Source: Octopus sinensis | Lineage: Eukaryota | Reading direction: 5' to 3' | Length of the DNA: 64,000 nt | Assembly (NCBI RefSeq): GCF_006345805.1 | Contig: NC_042999.1 | Span: 133,424,001-133,488,000 of the forward strand | Shown here: in pieces, positions 27,157-37,690 of the stretch | Layout of the letters: every line of letters starts with the position of its first letter | How positions within the stretch are numbered: position 1 is the first letter of the stretch | Notes under the pieces: generated by a model | Databases searched by the model: none | The model's input: only the letters and a program-made list of their open reading frames with translations | What the model was told of the DNA's origin: nothing | Made by a program: the position numbers and the translations under genes

Positions 27157-27700
27157 CAGGGCAAGACTGCTAGGTAGTCGGCCGTATGCTAGAAATAGAT
27201 CATCAACGATCAAACTAGAAAGAAAGTTCTCTAGCACGCCGGAACTAAGACATTTGAAATTTTATCCCTAATGTAATCGGTAAAACTAAGCACGTGTCTG
27301 TCTTGGCACAGAAAGCTGGGGTTAGTTTTTCAAATTGCATTTACACTGAACGATTGTACTGATGAAGCCACGGACATTTGAATTATGTAAGTAATTCTTT
27401 TGTTAAAGGCCGAAACCGAGGTATGCAATTAATTCTGTTTTTTATATAAATTTTCATCTGTCCTGCCCGCCAAATTTGGTTCTGGTGTTCGCTGAATTTT
27501 TCCTCTAGAGAACTTTCTTTGTAGTTTGATCGTTGATGATCTATTTCTAGCATACGGCCGACTACCTAGCAGTCTTGCCCTGCCAATATCCACATATATT
27601 AGAATTTTCTCTGATTTCTCAGATTTTTTGTATGCTAGACTACTGGTTTTAAATTGATATTAAAATTAATATTAATTTATCTCCCTCATTATTTAAATAT
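27150..27700 (+). mobile_element. Non-coding Penelope-like remnant with 85-bp inverted arms and one hammerhead, in (TA)n
   Basis: Arms 27150-27234 and 27505-27589 (ATTGGCAGGGCAAGACTGC.../...GCAGTCTTGCCCTGCCAAT); (TA)n before 27152 and at 27698-27717. Confidence 0.75.
27353..27429 (+). ncRNA. Type I hammerhead ribozyme
   Basis: ATTGTA-CTGATGA (27359-27365)-A-GCC...GAATTA/TAATTC hairpin...GGC-C-GAAA (27412-27415)-CCGAG-GTA-TGCAAT; 6-bp stem I ATTGTA/TGCAAT. Confidence 0.85.
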
Positions 27701-27717
27701 ATATATATATATATATA

Positions 27718-28899
27718 CTTTATTTTAAGCAGCAGAAAATTCAACAAAATCTGTTACTCTGAGTTTCTCGTTGCCGTTCATCAGACAGTTTTTGCTAGAA
27801 TGGAACATATATATCAATTCAATCTATACTCTTACAAACGCTACACCTTTAAAAAGAAATGGACTTGTTTGATTGGCCCTTTAGAAAAAACGGTCAATCT
27901 TCGAGCGATAAACAAAAAGGTCAAAATATATGTATATATATAAAAAAACTTATAAAAATTATAAAAATTATAAAATCCGAGGAAAAAACCGAGGAAAAAA
28001 CCTATTGCCGTTAATGAAGACAGTACAAATTAATGCATAGAAATTAAACCTGTTATAAATACTGCAATACATATTTATATTAAAATCCACATATATATAT
28101 CACATACACAAAAGGATGCGCGTAAACGCCATACATACATATACAGACGTATGAATATGAATCTAAATTATACACATAAAAGCATGTGTACATATATTCA
28201 CGCAAACCGTCTCGCACGCAAGCTAAAATTCATCTATGTAGCAATTCTCATATACTGAGCAAGGAGGGGGAACGAAAGAAAGGGAAAGAGAGAAAAAGGA
28301 ACGAAGGAGGGGTAGGGAAAAAACTTGTAGCGATATTATTGGCATCTATAGAGGCCAGTATACATACACAAGTTTGAATTGATACATATACATACCGTCG
28401 TGTGTATGCGTGCTTAAGCACAAGCATACTTTCACTTACACATACACAGATACGCATGCTTACAAATACATATGCTTTGCTATACACAAACTTATATAAA
28501 CATTCTAAATTTGACAACATTGCTTTTTTTAAAAAAACATTGCTTTTAAAAAATGGGTACATTAATAAAAATAAAAATATATACGAAAGACATATAAAAT
28601 AAAATATAACATCCTATTTTGGGTCATTTATAAATAATCACGGTAATATAAATAATCAAGGTAATCCTATGCAATATAATAACATGAAAACAAAGTTTGT
28701 AGGTTTTTCCTAATATATATGTAGAAACAATAAGACTTTGCTATAGATCCGTCGTAGCGCTTAAGAGTCAAAATCAAAATCAAAAATCAAAATACAAAAT
28801 ATATACTCTATCCATATGGTATATTTATATTCGACATTTTAAATTTAGCCGCGTGCCTACATAAGTTCATTAACTCACTTCTTTGATTCAAAGAATTAT
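27718..28899 (-). repeat. Inverted arm: reverse-complement copy of the ORF 3' end and pseudo-LTR
   Basis: Reverse complement of 31849-33017 with few differences. Confidence 0.95.
27744..27795 (-). ncRNA. Hammerhead ribozyme in the inverted arm
   Basis: Exact reverse complement of 29590-29641. Confidence 0.75.
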
Positions 28900-29739
28900 A
28901 TAGCAAAGCATATGTATTTGTAAGCATGCGTATCTGTGTATGTGTAAGTGAAAGTATGCTTGTGCTTAAGCACGCATACACACGACGGTATGTATATGTA
29001 TCAATTCAAACTTGTGTATGTATACTGGCCTCTATAGATGCCAATAATATCGCTACAAGTTTTTTCCCTACCCCTCCTTCGTTCCTTTTTCTCTCTTTCC
29101 CTTTCTTTCGTTCCCCCTCCTTGCTCAGTATATGAGAATTGCTACATAGATGAATTTTAGCTTGCGTGCGAGACGGTTTGCGTGAATATATGTACACATG
29201 CTTTTATGTGTATAATTTAGATTCATATACATACGTCTGTATATGTATGTATGGCGTTTACGCGCATCCTTTTGTGTATGTTGATATATATATGTGGATT
29301 TTAATATAAATATGTATTGCAGTATTTATAACAGGTTTAATTTCTATGCATTAATTTGTACTGTCTTCATTAACGGCAATAGGTTTTTTCTCGGTTTTTT
29401 CCTCGGATTTTATAATTTTTATAATTTTTATAAGTTTTTTTATATATATATCATATATTTTTGACCTTTTTGTTTATCGCTCGAAGATTGACCGTTTTTT
29501 CTAAAGGGCCAATCAAACAAGTCCATTTCTTTTTAAAGGTGTAGCGTTTGTAAGAGTATAGATTGAATTGATATATATGTTCCATTCTAGCAAAAACTGT
29601 CTGATGAACGGCAACGAGAAACTCAGAGTAACAGATTTTGTTGAATTTTCTGCTGCTTAAAATAAAGCATATTACTCTACCACTGGTATTTGAGTACTCT
29701 TTTTTCCACCTTGTTTCACATTTATGTGTTTACTCCGGT
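28899..29739 (+). repeat. 5'-truncated pseudo-LTR (direct repeat)
   Basis: Direct copy of 32260-33089, both ending ...ATGTGTTTACTCCGGT. Confidence 0.95.
29590..29641 (+). ncRNA. Minimal type I hammerhead ribozyme in the 5' pseudo-LTR
   Basis: GCAAAA-A-CTGT-CTGATGA (29601-29607)-A-CG-GCAA-CG-A-GAAA-CTCAGAG-TA-ACAG-A-TTTTGT; stem I CTGT/ACAG plus GCAAAA/TTTTGT; cleavage predicted after A29630. Confidence 0.78.
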
Positions 29740-29805
29740 CTAACCCGCTCCTTGTAAAATTTTGAGCGACTCTGCACAAGTAGGAAGAACAAACAGCTGA
29801 AAAAG

Positions 29806-31939
29806 ATGGAACTTTACCCGCTGGATTTTTCTCAGAAAAATATACCTATCCCTGCACGGAAACAATATATCAAAGGTCTTATAGAGAAAACGGAAGAGTT
29901 TATTAGAAGACTGAGATGGAAAGCCTTCTTCTTTGATAATAAACAGAAAATAGAAGGTAACAAATATGGATTTAAATCTCCCAAAACCCGCCACCGATTC
30001 CGGAATTAGAAGCCTTCGAGAAAGACCTTTTCGAGATTATTAGGAAAATTAAATTCCGCAAATTTACCAACCAATTGCAAAAAAACATGAGAGAAAAAAT
30101 TAAGGAGATTAACGACTCGAATAAGATCTTCGTTAATTCTGACAAGACAAGGAACTTATATGCACTTGATAAGGACGTTTATAAACGCCTGATTTCGAAT
30201 AGTGTCACGGACACATACAAAAAAGACAACACGAATATATACAAAGAGGTGAACTTAGAAGCAAGAGGAATAGCTAACGATCTTAAGATTAGCGATAGGA
30301 TTGAATACCTTTCACCACGACCAGCTTTTATTACTCTGAAAGACCATAAAGACAATTTTAGTAGAAACCCCAAATGTAGATTGATAAATCCGGCTAAAAC
30401 TGAGATAGGAATTATTAGCAAAAATATTTTGGACCGTATTTTAGTTAAGTTAGATAGTGAAGTAGACTTGAGAATTTGGAAGAATAGTAAGTCAGTTATA
30501 GAGTGGTTTAAAGGTATTAGCTATAAGAATAATTGTAGTTTCACACAATTCGACATTATTGACTTTTACCCGTCGATATCTAGGACGTTGCTCCTAAGGG
30601 CATTGGACTTCGCCAAGCAGTATGTCAACATCGATAGCTCGGAAATTGAAATTATTATGCATGCGAGGAAATCGCTTCTGTTTTTCGAGGATTCCACCTG
30701 GATTAAGAAGACTGAGGATTCTCTTTTCGATGTACCGATGGGGGCATACGACGGGGCTGAATTATGTATGCTCATAGGAGCCTTTATTCTCCATAATCTA
30801 AAAATAGAATTCCCATTTATAGATGCAGGTCTATATAGGGATGACGGCCTTATAGCCACGCATAATCTAAACGGCCATGAATCAGATAGACTTAGGAAGG
30901 ACCTTATAGCTTTCTTTCAAAGGATGGGCTTACGGATTACGATAGATACTAACCTGAATAGTGTAGATTTTTTAGACGTAAATTTTAATGTAAGATCGGA
31001 TAGATTTAAACCTTTCCGTAAGCCCAATGAAAAGCTATCGTATATTAGCAAAGATTCGAACCATCCACCAGTTATCCTTAGCAACTTAGTCAGCAATGTA
31101 GGTAGAAGAATATCTTCAATTTCTTCGGACGAGGCAGCATTCCATAATGCTGCACCTTATTACGATAGCGCATTAAAGAATAGTGGATTCTCGGAGAAGA
31201 TCCAGTTCAACCAGCTTAATGCTAATAATAATGCTGCACGAAGAACTAGGACCAGGAAAGTTTTGTGGTTCAACCCGGCTTTCAATTTGGCCGTAAAGAC
31301 TAATATAGGTAAGGAATTTTTGAGATTAGTCTCTAAGCATTTTAAGCAGGGTCATAAATTCTACAGAATATTTAATAGAAGAACCCTGAAGGTTAGCTAT
31401 TCTTGTTGCAGAAATTTCGCCTCTTACATTAGCCAACATAATAGGAAGCTAATTGAGATTAGACATGGTGCCGAGCCCATTAAGAAATGTAATTACAAAA
31501 ACGGAAGCTCCTGTCCGTTAGAAGGGAAATGTCTAGTGAAAGGAGTAGTTTATAGAGCCAAGGTGCAAGTGGAAGGCTCATCGGAATACAAGACATACAC
31601 AGGGGCTTCAGAAAATTCATTTAAAACAAGATTTTATTCTCATAAGAATTCTTTTAAATACCCAGAGAATAGGAAGAAAACCAGCCTAGCAAAATATGTC
31701 TGGGAACTAAAAGAAAAGGAAGCCCCACCTTTCAACGTGACATGGAGCATTCTGGACAGGGCGGCACCATACAGGCATGGAGCTTACAAATATAATTTCA
31801 AGTGCAAGCTTTGCTTATTAGAAAAAATGCACATATTATTCAAAGACAATAATTCTTTGAATCAAAGAAGTGAGTTAATGACTTATGTAGGCACGCGGCT
31901 AAATTTAAAATGTCGAATATAAATATACCATATGGATAG
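29806..31939 (+). CDS. Penelope-like (Naiad-type) reverse transcriptase + GIY-YIG endonuclease, ~711 aa once two 1-nt deletions (~29988 and ~31881) are repaired
   Basis: N-terminal FSQKNIPIP...FIRRLRWKAFFF; RT motifs KCRLINPAK, FDIIDFYPSI, PMGAYDGAELC, YRDDGL, DFLDV; linker SYSCC, C.Y....CPLEGKC; endonuclease VVY...YTG..ENSFKTR, CKLCLLEK, LNQRSEL. Confidence 0.92.
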
Positions 31940-33089
31940 AGTATATATTTTGTATTTTGATTTTTGATTTTGATTTTGACTCTTAAGCGCTACGACGGAT
32001 CTATAGCAAAGTCTTATTGTTTCTACATATATATTAGGAAAAACCTACAAACTTTGTTTTCATGTTATTGTATTGCATAGGATTACCTTGATTATTTATA
32101 TTACCTTGATTATTTTATAATGACCCAAAATAGGATGTTATATTTTATTTTTATGTCTTTCGTATATATTTTTTTTTATTAATGCACCCATTTTTTAAAA
32201 GCAATGTTTTTTTAAAAAAAGCAATGTTGTCAAATTTAGAATGTTTATATAAGTTTGTGTATAGCAAAGCATATGTATTTGTAAGCATGCGTATCTGTGT
32301 ATGTGTAAGTGAAAATATGCTTGTGCTTAAGCACGCATACACACGACGGTATGTATATGTATCAATTCAAACTTGTGTATGTATACTGGCCTCTATAGAT
32401 GCCAATAATATCGCTACAAGTTTTTTCCCTACCCCTCCTTCGTTCCTTTTTCTCTCTTTCCCTTTCTTTCGTTCCCCCTCCTTGCTCAGTATATGAGAAT
32501 TGCTACATAGATGAATTTTAGCTTGCGTGCGAGACGGTTTGCGTGAATATATGTACACATGCTTTTATGTGTATAATTTAGATTCATATTCATACGTCTG
32601 TATATGTATGTATGGCGTTTACGCGCATCCTTTTGTGTATGTTGATATATATATGTGGATTTTAATATAAATATGTATTGCAGTATTTATAACAGGTTTA
32701 ATTTCTATGCATTAATTTGTACTGTCTTCATTAACGGCAATAGGTTTTTTCCTCGGATTTTATAATTTTTATAATTTTTATAAGTTTTTTTATATATATA
32801 TACATATATTTTTGACCTTTTGTTTATCGCTCGAAGATTGACCGTTTTTTCTAAAGGGCCAATCAAACAAGTCCATTTCTTTTTAAAGGTGTAGCGTTTG
32901 TAAGAGTATAGATTGAATTGATATATATGTTCCATTCTAGCAAAAACTGTCTGATGAACGGCAACGAGAAACTCAGAGTAACAGATTTTGTTGAATTTTC
33001 TGCTGCTTAAAATAAAGCATATTACTCTACCACTGGTATTTGAGTACTCTTCTTTCTACCTTGTTTCACATTTATGTGTTTACTCCGGT
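31940..33089 (+). repeat. 3' pseudo-LTR / 3' UTR
   Basis: Template of both upstream copies; has (TTTTGA)n at ~31950-31980, a hammerhead and AATAAA at 33011-33016. Confidence 0.9.
32940..32991 (+). ncRNA. Hammerhead ribozyme in the 3' pseudo-LTR
   Basis: Identical to 29590-29641; CTGATGA at 32951-32957. Confidence 0.78.
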
Positions 33090-35233
33090 ATATATATATA
33101 TATATATATATATACATGGTTACATACGTATATGTATATACGTCTGTCTGTATATGTATGTATGCACATATAAGCGCTTACTCATTCTTATATACTTGCT
33201 CGCTGCAGATCCTACATGACTGTATTAGGTTATTAACTGGTATCGGAAGGGCGGTGATACCTCATACTTTACCGCTAAAAATTATTGGATATTAGATACA
33301 TTTTCAGTAGCGAGGAAATGTTTGCTTTTTATAAAATATAATAAAAATATAACTCTGTTTTTGCATGTTTTAAAAATATTTTTGCATATTTTTTAATATT
33401 TTTGATTTCTGAAATATGATTAAATGTCGATTTAAAACAGCGGGGACTTTCCATATTTGTATAGCTATATACTGTATAGTTAAATTATCAAAAATCAATT
33501 CGGTCACATTGAAATGTTCTATCGACCTATAACGATTTTCCATCGGAAGAAACTAATAAATTAATTCTTACGTTATCTGCCGCATTTAGCTCAGTATCGT
33601 CAGATTCGGCACTCCGTAAGACAACAATTGTGTATATGCGATTCAGAAGACAAAATGAATCAAGACAATGATTTACAATCTTATTTCGACCTATGGGCCC
33701 CTTTGATTCCCTTTTACTCTGGTGGATCCCCATAGCAATTCGATGCTTTAAAAAATCCTATTCTATTCTTGTAATTAAATACTATTAAGAATTGTATAAA
33801 ATCTGTGTAAATATTTTGATTTAATGCGCATAAGTTTTAACAAACTAAATTCCATGGAAAATGAATATTCACTAGGAAAATAAGTTATATACATGAGAAT
33901 ATATTTAATTAGAAGAAAACTACTATTTTCGTGTTATTTTATTTAATGCAAGACTTGTGGTTCATATGTTGATCTGCTAGTTTTGCAAAATTTGGTTCCA
34001 GCGTTGTCAAAGATAATCAGTTGTCACCTCCTTTTGCCGTATCGAGTCAGTTACGAGCTTTTGACAGTGAGTTAGCAAAGGCAACGAGAAACCACTCCAG
34101 GATTCATCTCACGTCTAGTCCTGGATGGCTTTTGTTCCAGTAGTCTACTCAACGGCAACAGAGGAGGTCACGGGCCATCTCAGGTCGTGTAGAGAATGCG
34201 AGAGTATGTTAACATGCATGGAAGCTGTCCAAGAGCAGACCAACACTGAACTAGAGTATTTGTTAACCCAAATAAAGGCAGAAATGAGAGAGTTTAAACA
34301 CTACTATGTCGAGTGTTAGAGAAAGAACCGAGTGATTTCTTGCAATAAGTACGTCTAATACAAAACTTTTCTCATGGACACCTAAAATAGTAGCATGGAC
34401 ACCCAATTTACTATTTTGCTTCCACGGACCTCACAAAATCTTATATGGTCCCCCATACAAACACCAGGGATCATATGGGCCCTAGTTCACGGAGTTAAGC
34501 GAGATCCTGGTACTAAGTTAAATTGATGAACTGCTGGCGCCCGAAAAAATTTCTGAATTGCTTGAAGTAAATCCTTTAATTTCGGGAAAGGAGCAATCTT
34601 TTGATTAAATTTTTAATTATTCTGAAGGAAAGGGGGAGATAATTTCATGAAATATCAATATTTCGTAGTTTATATGTTTAAGGAAAACATTTGTCTTTGT
34701 TAACAGGTTAGAGGCCTTAAATCGCATGATTCGAGACTATAACCAAACAAAGCGTTCTTGATAAAATATACGAGAAAGCTTTTTGGAATAAATAATTTAT
34801 GATAAATTATTGATAAGTCTCGGCATAGAAATCTTTCGACATATTCCCTTTGAGAATTTTTAAAACTTTGATACGTTCCAATTACTCGAGCTTAGCTAAA
34901 TTATTATGTCCTGAGAACGACTTCAAAGTTAAATTACTCAGCGCTAACAATAATGTCATACAGGTTAAGAACATATAATGGGGGTCAGACATAGGGTAAT
35001 GTAATCGATAATAAAAACTATAAAATTGCGAGTATCAACCACTTAATAAAAAAACGATGCTTTTACAAGATTTATGTCAAATCAAGATATATTTATGGAA
35101 GAATATCATTGAACAATTAAAACTAAAATAGAAATACGCCAGAATTTCGATAGTCCTTCATCGAAGTCTTTAATTCATTGAAATGGAAAAGAGGATGATG
35201 ATCATCATCATCAGCAGCAGAAGCATGATAATG

Positions 35234-35340
<107 letters not shown>

Positions 35341-35358
35341 AATAATAATAACAATAAC

Positions 35359-35392
<34 letters not shown>

Positions 35393-35409
35393 TAATAATA
35401 ATAATAATT

Positions 35410-35964
35410 CCCTGATGCAGTACCAGGCAGTGGCTCTCATGGCTTCTGATCTTGACTGATTGGAAGTGTTATCATGTACATTGTTTTGTCTTGGTATAAA
35501 AGATGGGCTACAGCAAATATTCTGCTCAATACCACAGATTTGCTTGTCAGTTGTTTGACCTTAACCAGTTGAGCATGTCCCTTAGTGGCTGACGATATGT
35601 GCATCTCTGATCACGAGCAGAAGTAGTGGGGGAGCATCATGGCCATGTGTTGGGGGGGATTCTTTGGGGTTTGAATAATTCACCTCTGGAAACATGGGTG
35701 GTTCTTTCAACGTCCTTAAACAACCCTTATTCAGAGACCTTTTGAGCGGGATGGGCTAATCAACCTGAAGAAAGTTCTAACTGGGCCCCACCTGCAAGGT
35801 CATGTGCTGTTTATCTTGATATGAGATCACCATGTCGCGCACATATGGTTGTGATGCATGTGCCTGGTGTACCTTTATCAGACGGGTAGTCATGATGGGT
35901 ATATTGGGCTTCGTATATTTTACCCCAGTGTCACTTTGATGGCATGCACTGCTCTCTTACTCAA
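35410..35964. mobile_element. (AAT)n-flanked non-coding repeat, copy 2
   Basis: Colinear with 2843-3364; (AAT/AAC)n left and (AAT)n right. Confidence 0.85.
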
Positions 35965-35984
35965 TAATAATAATAATAATAATC

Positions 35985-36765
35985 CTTTCTACTTAAGGCA
36001 CAAGGCCTGAAATTTTGGGGAAGGTGACTAGTCGAATAGATCGACCACAGGGTTTCACTGGTACTTAATTTATCAACCCCGAAAGATTATAAGGGGGAGC
36101 TAACCCTGGCAGAACTTGAGCTCAGATTGTAAAGATGGACGAAATACCGCTAAGCATTTCGCCCGGCATGCTAATGATTCTGCCAGCCCGCCGCCTATTT
36201 TGGCTTCAAATTTTGGCACAAGTTCAAGGGAAAGGCTAGGTCAATTAAACTGACCCAAGTGATGAACTGATACTAATTTTACCAACCCCGAAACGATGAA
36301 AGGCAAAGTCGACCTCGGCGAAATTTGAACTCAGAATGTGAAGACGGACTAAAGGCCGCTAAACATTTCGTCCGGTGTGCTATTCTTCTTCGGAACAGGA
36401 AAGATTTTCAGATGGGAACTTGAAAAAAATTATTGAAAGGTTGTGCATATCTAAATTTAAATGTAAGTAACCTGTTACCCACATAAATTCTACCAGGAAT
36501 AACACCAAACTTGAGTCAAATCGAAAAATATTATTAATAACAATAATAATCCCTTCTACTGGAAACACCAGGCCTCAAATTTATGGCAAGGGATTAAGAC
36601 GATTACATCGACCCCAGTGCGTAATAGGTACTAATTTTATTGATCCCAAATAGATGAAAGGCAAAGTCGACTTCGGCGGAATTTGAACTCAGAACGTAGC
36701 GAAGGGCGAAATATCGCTAAGCATTTCGTCCAGCGTGCTAACGATTCTACCAGCTCGTTGCCTTA
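35985..36765 (-). mobile_element. Cluster of three S1 SINE copies (35985-36195, 36215-36385, 36555-36765)
   Basis: Each has GGCAAAGTCGAC.TCGGCG.AATTTGAACTCAGAA or a close variant. Confidence 0.8.
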
Positions 36766-36816
36766 ATAATAATAATAATAATAATAATGATAATAATAAT
36801 AATAATAATAATAATA

Positions 36817-36849
<33 letters not shown>

Positions 36850-37200
36850 TAGGATTTGACCAAGTAAACTGATTTTATTGTTCCAAATAATGAGAAAGTC
36901 AATACGAGCGGTATAGAGAAAGGAGTGAAATACCAGGACCTCTCCATTGAGTTACAGAGGGTACGGAATGTGCGGATAAAATGTGTCCCGGTAGTTATAG
37001 GTGCATTAAGAACAATCCCTAAAGATCTGAAGAGACGGATAGAGGAAATATGCATAAAACTTGGTTTACTGCAACTCCAGAAAACAGTGTTATTTGGGGC
37101 GGCTAGGATACTTAGGAGGGTTCTTGGCATCTAAAGTTACTTGTTGTAGCTCTATGTTAGGAATTGTTCTTTTCTTACAGTCTAATCTGTTGTGCGTAAA
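36850..37200 (+). mobile_element. 3' end of an R4/Dong-like LINE (restriction-like endonuclease domain)
   Basis: DFIVPNNEKV...KYQDLSIEL...VPVVIGALRTIPK...LQKTVLFGAARILRRVLGI*; preceded by (TAA)n at 36765-36850. Confidence 0.85.
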
Positions 37201-37206
37201 CGAATT

Positions 37207-37690
37207 ACTCTTTACTCTCTTTTACTCTTTTACTTGTTTCAGTCATTTGACTGCGGCCATGCTGGAGCACCGCCTTTAGTCGAGCAAATCGACCCCCAGG
37301 ACTTATTATTTGTAAGCCTAGTACTTATACTATCGTTCTCTTTTGCCGAACCGCTAAGTTACGGGGACGCAAACACACCAGCATCGGTCGTCAAGCGATG
37401 TTGGGGGGGGGGGGTGACAAATACAGACACACAAACACACACACACACACATATATATACATATATACAAGGGGCTTCTTTGGCCGGCCCGAGGCTATAG
37501 TACAAGACACTTGCCTAAGGTGCCACGCAGTGGGACTGAACACACACACACACATATATATACATATATACAAGGGGCTTCTTTGGCCGGCCCGAGGCTA
37601 TAGTACAAGACACTTGCCTAAGGTGCCACGCAGTGGGACTGAACACGGAACCATGTGGTTGGTAAGCAAGCTACTTACCACACAGCCAAA
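37207..37690 (-). mobile_element. SINE family S2 with an internal ~107-bp tandem duplication
   Basis: Reverse complement of S2; segment TATACAAGGGGCTTC...GGGACTGAACAC occurs twice. Confidence 0.85.

Larger units (their letters stand above)
27718..33089 (+). mobile_element. Near-intact Penelope-like retroelement, Naiad type
   Basis: Inverted arm + 5'-truncated pseudo-LTR + RT/GIY-YIG ORF + 3' pseudo-LTR; (TA)n at both ends (27698-27717 and 33090-33115). Confidence 0.93.

Noticed and set aside
28186-28602. 63-104 aa ORFs repeated three times (also 28926-29197 and 32151-32558)
   Set aside because: They recur only because they lie in the pseudo-LTR copies; low complexity and no domain.
30179-30859. 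Antisense ORFs of 80 and 97 aa
   Set aside because: Shadows of the RT frame.
30075-31922. Selenocysteine or SECIS in the main Naiad
   Set aside because: No in-frame TGA in the ORF and no SECIS-like core found by eye in its 3' UTR.
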